64,000 nt of DNA, taken from NCBI GenBank assembly GCA_963664705.1, contig OY761556.1, positions 2,528,001 to 2,592,000 of the forward strand. Reading direction: 5' to 3'. The position numbers and the translations under genes are program-made. Below, one piece after another: positions 1 through 10,164 of this stretch (position 1 is its first letter; every line of letters starts with the position of its first letter). The DNA is from Acidobacteriota bacterium (GTDB lineage Bacteria > Acidobacteriota > UBA6911). Under the pieces are notes generated by a model. The model was not told the DNA's origin. It searched no databases and saw nothing but the letters and a program-made list of their open reading frames with translations.

Positions 1-2296
1 TTGGATGCGCGGTGCAGAACTCGGTCGGCTCGGTTCCCGCAATGAACACCTCTTCCCGGACATTCGGGCATTCAGGCGTGGCCAGCATTTGCGTCTCGGA
101 ATCAATGGAAACCGAGACAACTCCTTCCGGTCGTTCAAACGCCTGTATATTGGAGAAGCCGGGGAGCATCGAAGCCCTCTTCATAAACTCAGTCCAGATC
201 GGACCCGCGGAGGTTGCCCCGGATAATCCCAACTCTCTATTGTCATCGAACCCTACCCATACCACACACAGCAGATTTGTCGTGTACCCGACAAACCATC
301 CATCAAACGAAGTTCCGGTTTTTCCGGCTGCCGGAAAGCGAAAGCCGCGAGAACGAACGCCGGCACCGGTGCCCCGATTCAGCACATCTTCCAGAATATT
401 CGTCACGAGATAGGAAACACGCGGATCCAAAACTTCCTTGCGCATCGGCTTGTTATTCTCGAGCAGATCTCCGGCACCGCTCACAACCTTCTGCAGGAAG
501 GTCGGCTCACATCGAGTTCCGTAGTTGGCAAAAGCCGTATACCCGGCCAGGATTTCCAGCGGTGCCATCTCGTATGCGCCGAGAGCCAGGGCCGGAGTCG
601 GTTTTATATCGGAATCAAATCCCAGGCGCTGGGCAAACTTTACGATTCGCCCATAGCCGACCTGCTGGGCAACCTGAACCGTTGCAACATTGAGTGAATG
701 AACAAGCGCATCCCGCAGCGTCACCGTCCCGTAATACTCCTGTCCGTAATTGTTCGGCGTATATTCCTTGTTATCGAAATAAAAGGTAGTCGGCTCATCA
801 ACAACGGTAGACGTGGGAAGCAGCACAGGATCTCTTTCATCGAGAGCATTTTCAAATGCGGCGGCATAAACAAACGGCTTAAAGGCCGAGCCCGGCTGAC
901 GCCGGCTCAAGGCATGGTTCAGCTGGCTGTTCGCATAATCTCTGCCACCGACCAGTGCCTTGATCTCTCCTGTATGCGGATTCATGGCTACCAGGGCAAC
1001 CTGCGGGAATGGAACCGCTTCCCCGCGTTTCTTCCAGAGCGCATATTTCTTTGCGAGCTGAAGGTCGACATTCTTCATCCCCCAGTCGACGGCGGCAGCG
1101 GCCGCCTGCTGCAACTCGACATCGAGCGTTGTGTAGATCCGGAAATTCCGGGAATTCAATTCCTGCTCGGCAAACTGATCCAGCAGATCGTCCTTGACCA
1201 TATCCACAAAATAGCCGGCTCTGCCGGCGCCGTACGTTCCGCTCACAATGTGCAGCGGCATCTTCTTCGCCTCCTGCACCTGCTCTTTTGAAATATATCC
1301 ATTATCCTGCATGGCAAGCAGCACCCGGTCGCGGGCCTCGGCGGCACGCTCCGGCTTTCGCTCCGCCGAGGAATATCGATTGGGCGCGCGGATAATGCCG
1401 GCCAGAAAACAAATCTGGCCCAGATTCAATTCGCGCACATCGGTGCCGAAATAGGCCTGCGCCGCTTCTCCGAAACCGTGAATGGCAAAGCTTCCTCGGT
1501 TCCCGAGATATACTTCATTGGCATAGAGCTCGAAGATTCGTTCCTTGGTGAAGCGTTTTTCGAGAATCAGCGCCATGTAGGTTTCCTTGACCTTGCGCCG
1601 CCATTCCCGCCTCGTTGAGAAAAAGAAACTGCGCGCCACCTGCATGGTGATCGTGCTGGCGCCCTGTGACTTTTCCCGACTGCGCAGATCCGCCACGGTC
1701 GCGCCCAGAATTCGAATGGGATCAAATCCCGGGTGCTCGAAAAATCGCTTGTCCTCGGCCGACAGGATGGCATTCAGCAACGGCCGGGGAAATTCGGCAT
1801 ACGCTACCGGACGCCGTTTTTCCCTTGTGGTGCCAAAGAGCCCAGAGATCATTTCCGGCTCGATATCGGCGGATATCAGCCGATTCCCGGAAGGCCATGC
1901 GCGAATCTGAGCAATTCGCCGGCGGGAAAAATCCACCATCAATCCGTTCTTGCCCGCAAAATAGGAATTTGCCGACGGACTGATTTCCATGGAAGAAGCC
2001 GTGGTATGAATCTGCCCCACCGAATCCGCAACCTTGGAATTGGTGTAGCCGTTTGACTGCAAATAGGCGGCAAGCTCTTCCTGTGAAATGGGCTGTCCCA
2101 CCGAAATACGTTTCGGCGCCGCAAAGATCCTTGATTCAGTCCTGACCAGGTTTCCGGATAATCGCTGCTCGATCATCACGGAAAAACGGTGGTAATAGAA
2201 TACAAGACCTCCCAGGACGGTCAGGATGATTACGCCTGCAATTGCGAGGAATACATGAAGAAACGAAATCCGAAATCCGCGAGTCTTTTTATCCAC
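1..2296 (-). CDS. Class A penicillin-binding protein (PBP1B-like transglycosylase/transpeptidase), 3' end runs off the window
   Basis: Manual translation from GTG 2296: N-terminal TM helix, GT51 motifs EDKRFFEHPG and GASTITMQVA, transpeptidase motifs RQPGSAFK (SxxK), HSLN (SxN), AGKTG. Absent from ORF track because no stop lies in the window. Confidence 0.93.
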   Translation of the reverse strand, partial: MDKKTRGFRISFLHVFLAIAGVIILTVLGGLVFYYHRFSVMIEQRLSGNLVRTESRIFAAPKRISVGQPISQEELAAYLQSNGYTNSKVADSVGQIHTTASSMEISPSANSYFAGKNGLMVDFSRRRIAQIRAWPSGNRLISADIEPEMISGLFGTTREKRRPVAYAEFPRPLLNAILSAEDKRFFEHPGFDPIRILGATVADLRSREKSQGASTITMQVARSFFFSTRREWRRKVKETYMALILEKRFTKERIFELYANEVYLGNRGSFAIHGFGEAAQAYFGTDVRELNLGQICFLAGIIRAPNRYSSAERKPERAAEARDRVLLAMQDNGYISKEQVQEAKKMPLHIVSGTYGAGRAGYFVDMVKDDLLDQFAEQELNSRNFRIYTTLDVELQQAAAAAVDWGMKNVDLQLAKKYALWKKRGEAVPFPQVALVAMNPHTGEIKALVGGRDYANSQLNHALSRRQPGSAFKPFVYAAAFENALDERDPVLLPTSTVVDEPTTFYFDNKEYTPNNYGQEYYGTVTLRDALVHSLNVATVQVAQQVGYGRIVKFAQRLGFDSDIKPTPALALGAYEMAPLEILAGYTAFANYGTRCEPTFLQKVVSGAGDLLENNKPMRKEVLDPRVSYLVTNILEDVLNRGTGAGVRSRGFRFPAAGKTGTSFDGWFVGYTTNLLCVVWVGFDDNRELGLSGATSAGPIWTEFMKRASMLPGFSNIQAFERPEGVVSVSIDSETQMLATPECPNVREEVFIAGTEPTEFCTAHP

Positions 2297-2426
2297 AATC
2301 CCTGCTCTTTCGAAAAATCATTATTCTAGCACCGGAAACATCGCGCCGTGCCGTGTCTCATCAGCAAAAGCGAAAAGTCGATGCAAATCGTTTCCACGTG
2401 CATGAAACCTGGCCGCCAGAAAAACC

Positions 2427-2456
2427 TTGACACCAAAGGAACCGGTCCACTAAGAT
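2427..2456 (+). promoter_or_regulatory. Sigma70-type promoter of nuoE-JKLMN
   Basis: TTGACA-18 nt-TAAGAT, 75 nt upstream of nuoE. Confidence 0.6.
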
Positions 2457-2531
2457 CCTTTCGAGAGTTTGATCGTTCCAAATGTCTGAATAATAATTAT
2501 TTATAGTCCCCATTGAAATGCATTAGATAAC

Positions 2532-2996
2532 ATGCTAACTCAGTCGGCATGCCAGCAAATTCAGTCTTTGATGCAAAAATATCCGAGGAAAAGGTCTGCC
2601 CTGATCCCGGCCTTGCATCTGGTTCAAAAAGAAGAGGGATACCTCTCCAAGGAGACGATCCGCGAAGTCGCGCAGATGTTTGACCTTGCGCCGAATGAAG
2701 TCAATGAAGTCGTCAGCTTCTACACGATGCTTTATAAGAAGCCGGTCGGCAAATATGTCATTCAGGTGTGCACCAACATCTCGTGCCTCCTTTGCAACGC
2801 GGAGGAGATCATGGAACATCTCACACGGAAGCTGGGTATCCGTCCGGGTGAAACGACACCCGATAAGAAATATACTTTAGTGGAAGTGGAATGCCTGGGC
2901 TCTTGCGGAACCAGCCCGGTTATCCAGATCAACGATCAATACCATGAAGAGCTGACACCCGAAAAGCTCGATAAAATTCTGGACAGCCTGGAATAA
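2532..2996 (+). CDS. nuoE: NADH-quinone oxidoreductase subunit E
   Basis: SFYTM..VCTNISC..VECLGSC 2Fe-2S cysteines. Confidence 0.97.
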   Translation: MLTQSACQQIQSLMQKYPRKRSALIPALHLVQKEEGYLSKETIREVAQMFDLAPNEVNEVVSFYTMLYKKPVGKYVIQVCTNISCLLCNAEEIMEHLTRKLGIRPGETTPDKKYTLVEVECLGSCGTSPVIQINDQYHEELTPEKLDKILDSLE

Positions 2997-3500
2997 ATGG
3001 AGACCATCCTCTTTTATCTATTCAGTGTACTGGCTCTCGCTGCCGCCATCAACATGGTGGCTCAGAAGAAAGTCATCTATTCCGCCATCTCCCTCATTAT
3101 CTGTCTGTGCGCGGTGGCTGCCCTCTACCTGCTCCTGGAAGCGCCCTTTATTGCCGCCGTCCAGGTAATCGTATATGCCGGCGCCATCATGGTTCTGTTC
3201 CTGTTTGTCATCATGATGCTGGATCCCTTTTCCGCTGCAATCTTAAGAGACAAGAAAAAATATCTGGCCTATGCGGCAGTCGTGCTGGGAGTTCTGGCTT
3301 GCGCGCTGATCCTGCCGCTCCTGAAGGCATATAAACCACTGCTGACGCCGCACAACCCGGATATTGGTGCAGGAACGGGAACAGCCGGAAATATCGGGCA
3401 GGTTCTTTTCAACGAGTACCTTGTACCGTTTGAAATGACCTCCGTTCTGATTCTGGTTGCCATCATCGGCGTTGTAGTGCTTGCTCGACGGCGGTCCTGA
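2997..3500 (+). CDS. nuoJ: NADH-quinone oxidoreductase subunit J
   Basis: VIVYAGAIMVLFLFVIMML and PFE..S..ILVAIIG motifs. Confidence 0.97.
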   Translation: METILFYLFSVLALAAAINMVAQKKVIYSAISLIICLCAVAALYLLLEAPFIAAVQVIVYAGAIMVLFLFVIMMLDPFSAAILRDKKKYLAYAAVVLGVLACALILPLLKAYKPLLTPHNPDIGAGTGTAGNIGQVLFNEYLVPFEMTSVLILVAIIGVVVLARRRS

Positions 3501-3505
3501 AAACT

Positions 3506-3805
3506 ATGAGTCTCATTCACTATCTAGTTTTGAGTCTTATTCTCTTCCTGGTGGGAGCAGTCGGTTTTGTCGTCAAGAAGAACGTCATCTCCGTCTTCCT
3601 CTGCCTGGAACTGATGTTGAACGCGGCCAACTTGAGCTTCGTGGCATTTTCCAGGCATCTGAACCAGGTGCACGGCCAGATATTCGTGTTTTTCATCATG
3701 GTCGTGGCGGCGGCGGAAGCGGCCGTAGGACTTGCGATCACCATTGTTCTATATCGCAACCGCAACACCCTCAGTGTCGATGATGCCGACACAATGAAAT
3801 GGTAA
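3506..3805 (+). CDS. nuoK: NADH-quinone oxidoreductase subunit K
   Basis: ELMLNAANL and VAAAEAAVGLA motifs. Confidence 0.97.
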   Translation: MSLIHYLVLSLILFLVGAVGFVVKKNVISVFLCLELMLNAANLSFVAFSRHLNQVHGQIFVFFIMVVAAAEAAVGLAITIVLYRNRNTLSVDDADTMKW

Positions 3806-3814
3806 AGTCCGGAC

Positions 3815-5749
3815 ATGACTGAATATCTGTGGTTGATTCCGCTGATTCCACTGGCCGGTGCCGCCATAAACGGCCTTTTGGGCAAACGATTCCCGAAGTC
3901 TGTCATTTCTATTGTCGGCTGCGGAACCGCCGGGCTTTCCTTTATCCTTTCCCTGCTTGCGTTCTCCAATCTTCTCGCACTGGTTCCGGAAGAGAGACAC
4001 GTTCTACGCGTATTTTTTACCTGGATTGCTTCCGGGACTTTTATTGCCAAGGCTGAATTCCTGCTCGATCCGCTCTCGGCCACGATGATCCTGATCGTAA
4101 CCGGCGTCGGTTTCGTCATCCATGTATATTCCATCGGATATATGCATGCGGAAGACGGCTATTACCGATTCTTTGCCTACCTTAATTTGTTCCTCTTCTC
4201 GATGCTCATCCTGGTGTTGGGCGGGAACTTCCTTCTGATGTTTGTGGGATGGGAAGGGGTGGGACTCTGCTCTTATCTGCTGATCGGCTATTATTTCGAG
4301 CGACGCAGTGCCGGGGACGCAGGGAAAAAGGCATTCATTGTCAACCGGATCGGCGACATTGGATTCATCCTCGGCATATTCCTGATCTTTCTCACTTTCA
4401 GCAGCCTGAATTTCGGCGAAGTTTTTAAGCAGATCGCGGACGGTCCACAGCGATTCCCAGCGGAAGTTGGGGTGGGAATTCTTACTTCCATTGCCCTCCT
4501 TTTGTTTGTGGGGGCTACCGGCAAGAGCGCCCAGATTCCTCTGTATGTCTGGCTGCCGGATGCGATGGAAGGCCCAACTCCGGTCAGTGCCCTAATCCAT
4601 GCCGCGACTATGGTAACGGCGGGCGTTTACATGGTTGTCCGGTGTGCCCCGATTTTCAGCCGTGCCCCGATCGCACTCGATGTGGTCATGATCATTGGGA
4701 CTCTGACGGCGCTCATGGCGGCTACCATTGGGCTGGTTCAGACCGATATCAAGCGTGTACTCGCCTACTCCACCGTCAGCCAGCTGGGCTACATGTTTGT
4801 AGCGGCAGGCGTGGGCGCCTTTTCTGCCGGTGTCTTCCACCTGATGACCCATGCGTTTTTCAAGGCATTGCTCTTCCTCGGGGCGGGCAGCGTTATTCAC
4901 GCCATGGGAGGAGAACAGGATCTTCTGAAGATGGGCGGCTTGCGCCGGAATACTCCCATCACCTTCTGGACTATGCTGATTGCGGCTTTGGCCATCAGCG
5001 GCATCTTCCCTCTCGCCGGATTCTTCAGCAAGGATGAGATTCTGTGGAGTGCATGGTCCAAGGGACACCCGATTGTATGGCTGCTGGGATTCATCACAGC
5101 CGGAATGACCGCGTTTTATATGTTCCGCCTCATCTTCCTGGCTTTCTTCGGAGAAGGCCGCTATTCAGAGGAAGTTCGCCATCATCTGCATGAGTCGCCC
5201 GGGAGCATGACGGGGCCGCTGGTTGTACTCGGGGTTTTGTCGGTTATTGGAGGGTTTGTCGGTCTGCCGGCATGGTTGGGCTCCAATCGTTTCTTCCAGT
5301 TTCTTGAACCCTCCCTCTCGCTTGCTCTTATTCCGGAACATGCGGAAGCTTCGCATCTCGAGGAGCTTCTGTTTGCGGGACTTTCGATCGCTGTAGCGCT
5401 TACAGGCATATTCATGGCTTACCGGATGTACGTTCTGCGTCCTGATTCTTCGGCAAAGCTGGCCGCACGATGGAAGACGCTGCATCGCGTGCTGCTCAAA
5501 AAGTATTACGTGGATGAGCTGTATGATGCTGCCATCATCAACCCGACAATGAGTGCATCCACGAATGTGCTATGGAAGAAGGCGGATGCCGGGCTTATCG
5601 ACGGCAGTGTCAATGGAGTCGGACACCTGGTTCGGAATTTCGGCTCAATGCTCAAGCATGTCCAGAACGGCATGATCCGCAGCTATGCGGTCTGGATACT
5701 GCTGGGCATGGTTGCGGTTCTTCTTTATATGTTTGTTTTCAATTCGTAG
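3815..5749 (+). CDS. nuoL: NADH-quinone oxidoreductase subunit L
   Basis: GKSAQIPLYVWLPDAMEGPTPVSALIHAATMV. Confidence 0.98.
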   Translation: MTEYLWLIPLIPLAGAAINGLLGKRFPKSVISIVGCGTAGLSFILSLLAFSNLLALVPEERHVLRVFFTWIASGTFIAKAEFLLDPLSATMILIVTGVGFVIHVYSIGYMHAEDGYYRFFAYLNLFLFSMLILVLGGNFLLMFVGWEGVGLCSYLLIGYYFERRSAGDAGKKAFIVNRIGDIGFILGIFLIFLTFSSLNFGEVFKQIADGPQRFPAEVGVGILTSIALLLFVGATGKSAQIPLYVWLPDAMEGPTPVSALIHAATMVTAGVYMVVRCAPIFSRAPIALDVVMIIGTLTALMAATIGLVQTDIKRVLAYSTVSQLGYMFVAAGVGAFSAGVFHLMTHAFFKALLFLGAGSVIHAMGGEQDLLKMGGLRRNTPITFWTMLIAALAISGIFPLAGFFSKDEILWSAWSKGHPIVWLLGFITAGMTAFYMFRLIFLAFFGEGRYSEEVRHHLHESPGSMTGPLVVLGVLSVIGGFVGLPAWLGSNRFFQFLEPSLSLALIPEHAEASHLEELLFAGLSIAVALTGIFMAYRMYVLRPDSSAKLAARWKTLHRVLLKKYYVDELYDAAIINPTMSASTNVLWKKADAGLIDGSVNGVGHLVRNFGSMLKHVQNGMIRSYAVWILLGMVAVLLYMFVFNS

Positions 5750-5810
5750 AGCTCCGGGCCGTTGACTTTTCCGGCCGCGGCTTTTGCGAATTTTCACCTT
5801 TGGGAAGAGC

Positions 5811-7382
5811 ATGGACGTTCCGCATATCCTTTCGATCGTCACCTATCTGCCGGCCCTGGCAGCGCTGGGGATCCTGGTGATGCCGGCAAAATCCGAAAGG
5901 GGCATGAAGCTGCTTGCCTTCACGAGTGCTCTTGTCACTTTCGTCCTGTCTCTTCACCTCATATATCATTTTAATCCGGCCCGCGGCGATATGCAGTTCG
6001 TAGAATCCGTGAGCTGGATTCGAGCAGCCACATTCCAGGTCAGCCATCATCTGGGCATCGACGGCATCAGTCTCTTTCTTGTCATTCTCACTACTTTTCT
6101 GACTCCTCTGGCCATCCTGTCTTCCTGGAACTCGATTACGCGGCGTCTCAAGCCCTATCTGATGTGCCTCCTTGCGCTCGAGACCGGGATGATCGGGGTC
6201 TTCTGCGCCCTGGATCTTGTCCTGTTTTATGTCTTCTGGGAAGTTATGCTTATCCCGATGTACTTCCTGATCGGGATTTGGGGAGGCGAGCGGAGAGTAT
6301 ACGCAGCCGTCAAGTTCATCCTCTATACAATGGCTGGCTCCCTTCTCATGCTGGTAGCGATCCTCTATCTGTTTTTTGCGAATGGCGGGACCTCCTTTGA
6401 TCTGCTTCAGATCACGCAGCGGTTAACCGACGGGACGCTGCAGTTGTCGGGAACCCAGGAATTCTGGCTGTTCATGGCATTTCTGCTTGCCTTTGCCATC
6501 AAAGTTCCGATGTTCCCGTTCCACACCTGGCTGCCGGATGCCCACGTAGAAGCGCCTACCGCAGGATCTGTTATCCTGGCGGGCGTACTGCTGAAAATGG
6601 GGACCTATGGCCTGCTCCGGTTCTGTCTGCCGCTGTTCCCGCACGCTTCGATTGATGTAGCCCCCTACATCTCGGTCCTCGCCCTCATCGGCATCATTTA
6701 TGGCGCCCTGGTCGCCATGGTGCAGCCGGATTTGAAAAAGCTGGTGGCGTACTCTTCTGTCAGCCATATGGGCCTGATCGTACTGGGGATCTTCGCCTTT
6801 ACAACCCAGGGACTGCAGGGATCGACGATCCAGATGCTCAACCACGGACTCTCCACAGGAGCACTGTTCCTCCTGGTTGGAATGATCTATGACCGGCGCC
6901 ATACGCGCCTGATTTCCGAATTTGGTGGAATCGCCCACGTCAATCCCGTTTATGCTTCGGTCTTCCTGTTTGTCACGCTGTCATCGATCGGGCTGCCGGG
7001 TCTGAATGGATTTGTGGGAGAAGTACTTGTGCTGGCCGGCAGTTTCGCCCGCAATAAAGTGTATGGAAGTCTTGCGGCGCTGAGCATGGTTCTGGGCGCC
7101 GTCTATATGCTGTGGATGTACCAGCGCGTATTCCTCGGAAAAGTGACCAATCCGGCAAATGCATCCATCACCGATATCGGGCTGCGCGAAAAGTCGCTGA
7201 TGATTCCGATTCTGCTCATGATGTTGTGGATCGGCGTTTATTCATCTCCCTTCCTGAGCCGAATGGAAGCATCCCTCGATATCGTGCAGCAGCGCATTGA
7301 CAAAGCCCGCGGCCCCGGTGAGAGCTATCACGTGGAAAGGCGAAGCGCCGCCTCGCCCTCAGGCGAACAAACGGAAAAATGA
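5811..7382 (+). CDS. nuoM: NADH-quinone oxidoreductase subunit M
   Basis: FPFHTWLPDAHVEAPTAGSVILAGVLLKMG; start moved to ATG 5811. Confidence 0.97.
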   Translation: MDVPHILSIVTYLPALAALGILVMPAKSERGMKLLAFTSALVTFVLSLHLIYHFNPARGDMQFVESVSWIRAATFQVSHHLGIDGISLFLVILTTFLTPLAILSSWNSITRRLKPYLMCLLALETGMIGVFCALDLVLFYVFWEVMLIPMYFLIGIWGGERRVYAAVKFILYTMAGSLLMLVAILYLFFANGGTSFDLLQITQRLTDGTLQLSGTQEFWLFMAFLLAFAIKVPMFPFHTWLPDAHVEAPTAGSVILAGVLLKMGTYGLLRFCLPLFPHASIDVAPYISVLALIGIIYGALVAMVQPDLKKLVAYSSVSHMGLIVLGIFAFTTQGLQGSTIQMLNHGLSTGALFLLVGMIYDRRHTRLISEFGGIAHVNPVYASVFLFVTLSSIGLPGLNGFVGEVLVLAGSFARNKVYGSLAALSMVLGAVYMLWMYQRVFLGKVTNPANASITDIGLREKSLMIPILLMMLWIGVYSSPFLSRMEASLDIVQQRIDKARGPGESYHVERRSAASPSGEQTEK

Positions 7383-8821
7383 TGAAAGACGACCTGATAC
7401 TTCTCGTACCTCAGCTGATCCTGATTATCGCCGGGATGGCGCTTATGTTGCTCGAGCCGTTTACAGCAGCCGGGCGAAAGTCGCGTCTTGGCAGGATTGC
7501 GGTTCTCGCCGCCGCTATTGCAGCCTACAGCCTGCAGTTTCAGTCCGGGCATCCGCGAACCATTCTTCATGGGATGCTGATCATCGACAACTTCGGCATT
7601 TTCTTCCAATATCTCTTCATCATCATCGCCGGGATTTGCGCATTTCTATCCATCGGGTTCAACGCGAGGGAGTCGATCGAACGCGGCGAATACTACGCCC
7701 TGCTGCTGTTTGCCTGTTCGGGCATGTCGCTAATGGCATTGAGCGGAGATCTCATTCTGACCTTCCTGGGAATAGAAATCCTTTCCATCGCCACTTATAT
7801 CCTGGCCGGCTTCAAACGTAACGATATCCGATCCAATGAATCATCCCTGAAATACTTCCTGCTTGGATCGTTTGCCACCGCCATCCTTCTGTATGGAATC
7901 GCTTTGATCTATGGCGGAACCGGGACGACCAACTATCAGGCGATACGGGAATTGGGTTCGCTGGCAGGGACGGCTCAGACAACGACATTTATCGGCTTCG
8001 CGCTGCTGCTCGTTGGCTTTGGATTCAAGGTCGCGCTGGTTCCCTTTCATTCCTGGGTCCCGGATGTCTATGAAGGCGCGCCGACACCGGTTACAGCATT
8101 CATGGCTGTGGGCCCCAAAGCAGCGGGATTTGCCGCGTTGCTCCGGGTACTGATCCAGGTTTTCCCGAATATGTCGCTGGACTGGACCTCCATCCTGTGG
8201 GTGCTGGCAATCCTGACGATGACACTCGGGAATGTCGTTGCGCTATTGCAGACCAATATCAAGCGGATGCTGGCCTATTCCGCCATTGCCCATGCCGGCT
8301 ATATCCTGGTGGGGATCGTTCCCAACAGCCACACGGGATTCAGCGCCGTTCTTTTCTACCTGGTCGTCTATACGGTCATGAACCTGGTGGCCTTTGGCAT
8401 CATCATTGCGGTGAGCGGCACAGGCGATATGAAGGTGCATTTGGACGATTTCGCAGGACTGGGAAGACGGGCTCCCTTTGCGGCGGCCGCGCTGTCTTTC
8501 GCCCTTGTCTCTCTGGCGGGCATTCCATTGACCGGCGGATTTATCGGCAAGTTTTATCTGTTCAGCGCCGCGATTCAAAAAGGACTCGTCGGGCTGGCGA
8601 TTGTCGGCGTCCTGAACAGCGTGGTCTCGGTCTATTATTACTTTCGCGTAATGATCTATATGTACATGCGGGAGCCGGCTGAAGGCGCGCCGGAGCTGGA
8701 ACCCATCGGATGGCCGGTCCAGGCCATCGTAGGCATCCTCGTTATTATCATCTTGTTCTTAGGCATCCGCCCGGATCACATCCTTGCTCTTGCCGGTTCC
8801 TCCAGCCTTGCCCTAAAATAG
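7379..8821 (+). CDS. nuoN: NADH-quinone oxidoreductase subunit N
   Basis: ESSLKYFLLGS and VPFHSWVPDVYEGAPTPV. Confidence 0.97.
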   Translation: MMKDDLILLVPQLILIIAGMALMLLEPFTAAGRKSRLGRIAVLAAAIAAYSLQFQSGHPRTILHGMLIIDNFGIFFQYLFIIIAGICAFLSIGFNARESIERGEYYALLLFACSGMSLMALSGDLILTFLGIEILSIATYILAGFKRNDIRSNESSLKYFLLGSFATAILLYGIALIYGGTGTTNYQAIRELGSLAGTAQTTTFIGFALLLVGFGFKVALVPFHSWVPDVYEGAPTPVTAFMAVGPKAAGFAALLRVLIQVFPNMSLDWTSILWVLAILTMTLGNVVALLQTNIKRMLAYSAIAHAGYILVGIVPNSHTGFSAVLFYLVVYTVMNLVAFGIIIAVSGTGDMKVHLDDFAGLGRRAPFAAAALSFALVSLAGIPLTGGFIGKFYLFSAAIQKGLVGLAIVGVLNSVVSVYYYFRVMIYMYMREPAEGAPELEPIGWPVQAIVGILVIIILFLGIRPDHILALAGSSSLALK

Positions 8822-8846
8822 AGCTTTCCCCTTTTTGGAGTGGGTC

Positions 8847-9317
8847 ATGATTGATGTAAAGAAGCGATTGCAGGATGAGTTGAATGTCATTGAGCGGGAA
8901 CTGCGTGTGGATTTGCCGAAGGAGATTCTGCGGGCGCGCGAGCACGGCGATCTCAGCGAGAACGCGGAGTACAAATCCGCTAAAGAGAGGCAATCGTTCC
9001 TGGAAGGGCGAAAAGCGCAGCTGCAACAGCGCCTGGCGGCTCTATCGCTGGTCAACCTGGATAAGATACCAAACGACCGGGCGGCCTACGGCTCCAAGGT
9101 AGTTCTCTACGAATACGAAACGGAAAAAGAGGTTGAATACCGGCTGGTTTCGGCCGAGGAATCCGATATCAACAAGGGTTTGATTTCCATTACATCCCCG
9201 ATTGGACGCAGCATTGTGGGAAAGATGGTGGGCGACAGCATCGAGATCAAGACACCCTCCGGAACCAAGGACTTCGAAATGCGGGGCCTCCGCACCATCC
9301 ACGAAATCGAGGAATAA
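8847..9317 (+). CDS. greA: Transcription elongation factor GreA
   Basis: AREHGDLSENAEYKSAKE and ISITSPIGRS; GGAG RBS before ATG 8847. Confidence 0.92.
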   Translation: MIDVKKRLQDELNVIERELRVDLPKEILRAREHGDLSENAEYKSAKERQSFLEGRKAQLQQRLAALSLVNLDKIPNDRAAYGSKVVLYEYETEKEVEYRLVSAEESDINKGLISITSPIGRSIVGKMVGDSIEIKTPSGTKDFEMRGLRTIHEIEE

Positions 9318-9370
9318 GCCGCCGCAGCGCCCCGCAAGGGGCCTGTCTGCTTGCCCGGCGCTCCCGGCAG

Positions 9371-9695
9371 GTACTCCCCGGTCCTAGTCTGGAATCCCCG
9401 AAATCTGGAATTCTACAAATAAACCTGGTTTTTGTCCCAAACCGGTCAAGTCAGGAGTACTCTCCGGCCCTTGTCTGGAATCCGAAATCTGGAATCCGGA
9501 ATCCCGCAAATAATGCCTGGCTGGACCTGTTTGATACAAAAAAGCAGGTTCCCTATTTTAAAAAGGCTTATAAATTGCAGATCCCACCGGTAGCCACCTC
9601 AAAACGTGGTTACTACTTCGGTCAAGTCAGGAGTACTCTCCGGCCTTTGTCTGGAATCTGAAATCTGGAATCTGGAATCTAAAACTCTGCAAATA
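9371..9695. repeat. Three imperfect copies of a 50-75 bp intergenic repeat ending in 7-bp GGAATCY/GAAATCT tandem units
   Basis: Copies at ~9371-9421, 9443-9512, 9619-9695; copies 2 and 3 share CGGTCAAGTCAGGAGTACTCTCCGGCCYTTGTCTGGAATCYGAAATCTGGAATC. Confidence 0.85.
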
Positions 9696-9722
9696 GCGCA
9701 TTCGCCGGCGGCGGGAATACTT

Positions 9723-9763
9723 CCTCGAAGGCTCAGAAGCGCCAGCCTTCCGAGCCTTCGAGG
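9723..9763 (-). terminator. Long hairpin between convergent greA and atpE
   Basis: CCTCGAAGGCTCAGAAG / CTTCCGAGCCTTCGAGG 17-bp stem; single mismatch is a G-U pair on the minus-strand RNA; no clear U tract. Confidence 0.6.
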
Positions 9764-9792
9764 TGTATCGATTCAACAAAAGCTTGCGGAAA

Positions 9793-10110
9793 CTACATAA
9801 GAAGCAGGATTACGACAAACGTCAGCAGCGCCAGGAACTCGATGAAGGCAAGTCCCAGAATCAGGAATAACCTGATCGTATCGGTGGCACCAGGGTTGCG
9901 CGATACTCCTTCGCACGCGGCGGTCAGAGCACGGCTCTGTGCATAACCGCATCCTGCGGCCGCGATGGCCATGGCAAATGCGGAAGCAATGATCAACCAT
10001 TGGCTCTTCCCTGCGGCTGGCGCGGCACCCGCTTCCTGTGCAAATACCGGAACAACCCCAACGAGAAGAATCACCGCAATCAATAATCCCAAAACAGACT
10101 TTCTGCCCAT
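9793..10110 (-). CDS. atpE: ATP synthase F0 subunit c with signal-peptide-like N-terminal extension
   Basis: SRNPGA loop, LAFIEFLAL carboxylate; AAGGAG RBS. Confidence 0.95.
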   Translation of the reverse strand: MGRKSVLGLLIAVILLVGVVPVFAQEAGAAPAAGKSQWLIIASAFAMAIAAAGCGYAQSRALTAACEGVSRNPGATDTIRLFLILGLAFIEFLALLTFVVILLLM

Positions 10111-10164
10111 CAAATTCTCCTTTCGTTTTCACTCGAGAGCAGCCGAAGCAATTTGCAGCCCCTT

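Noticed and set aside
5-2056. Plus-strand ORFs at the window start
   Set aside because: Antisense shadows of the PBP gene.
9371-9695. Possible CRISPR array
   Set aside because: Repeats too long and degenerate, spacers very unequal, no cas operon; the Cas4-like gene sits in a phage recombination context.
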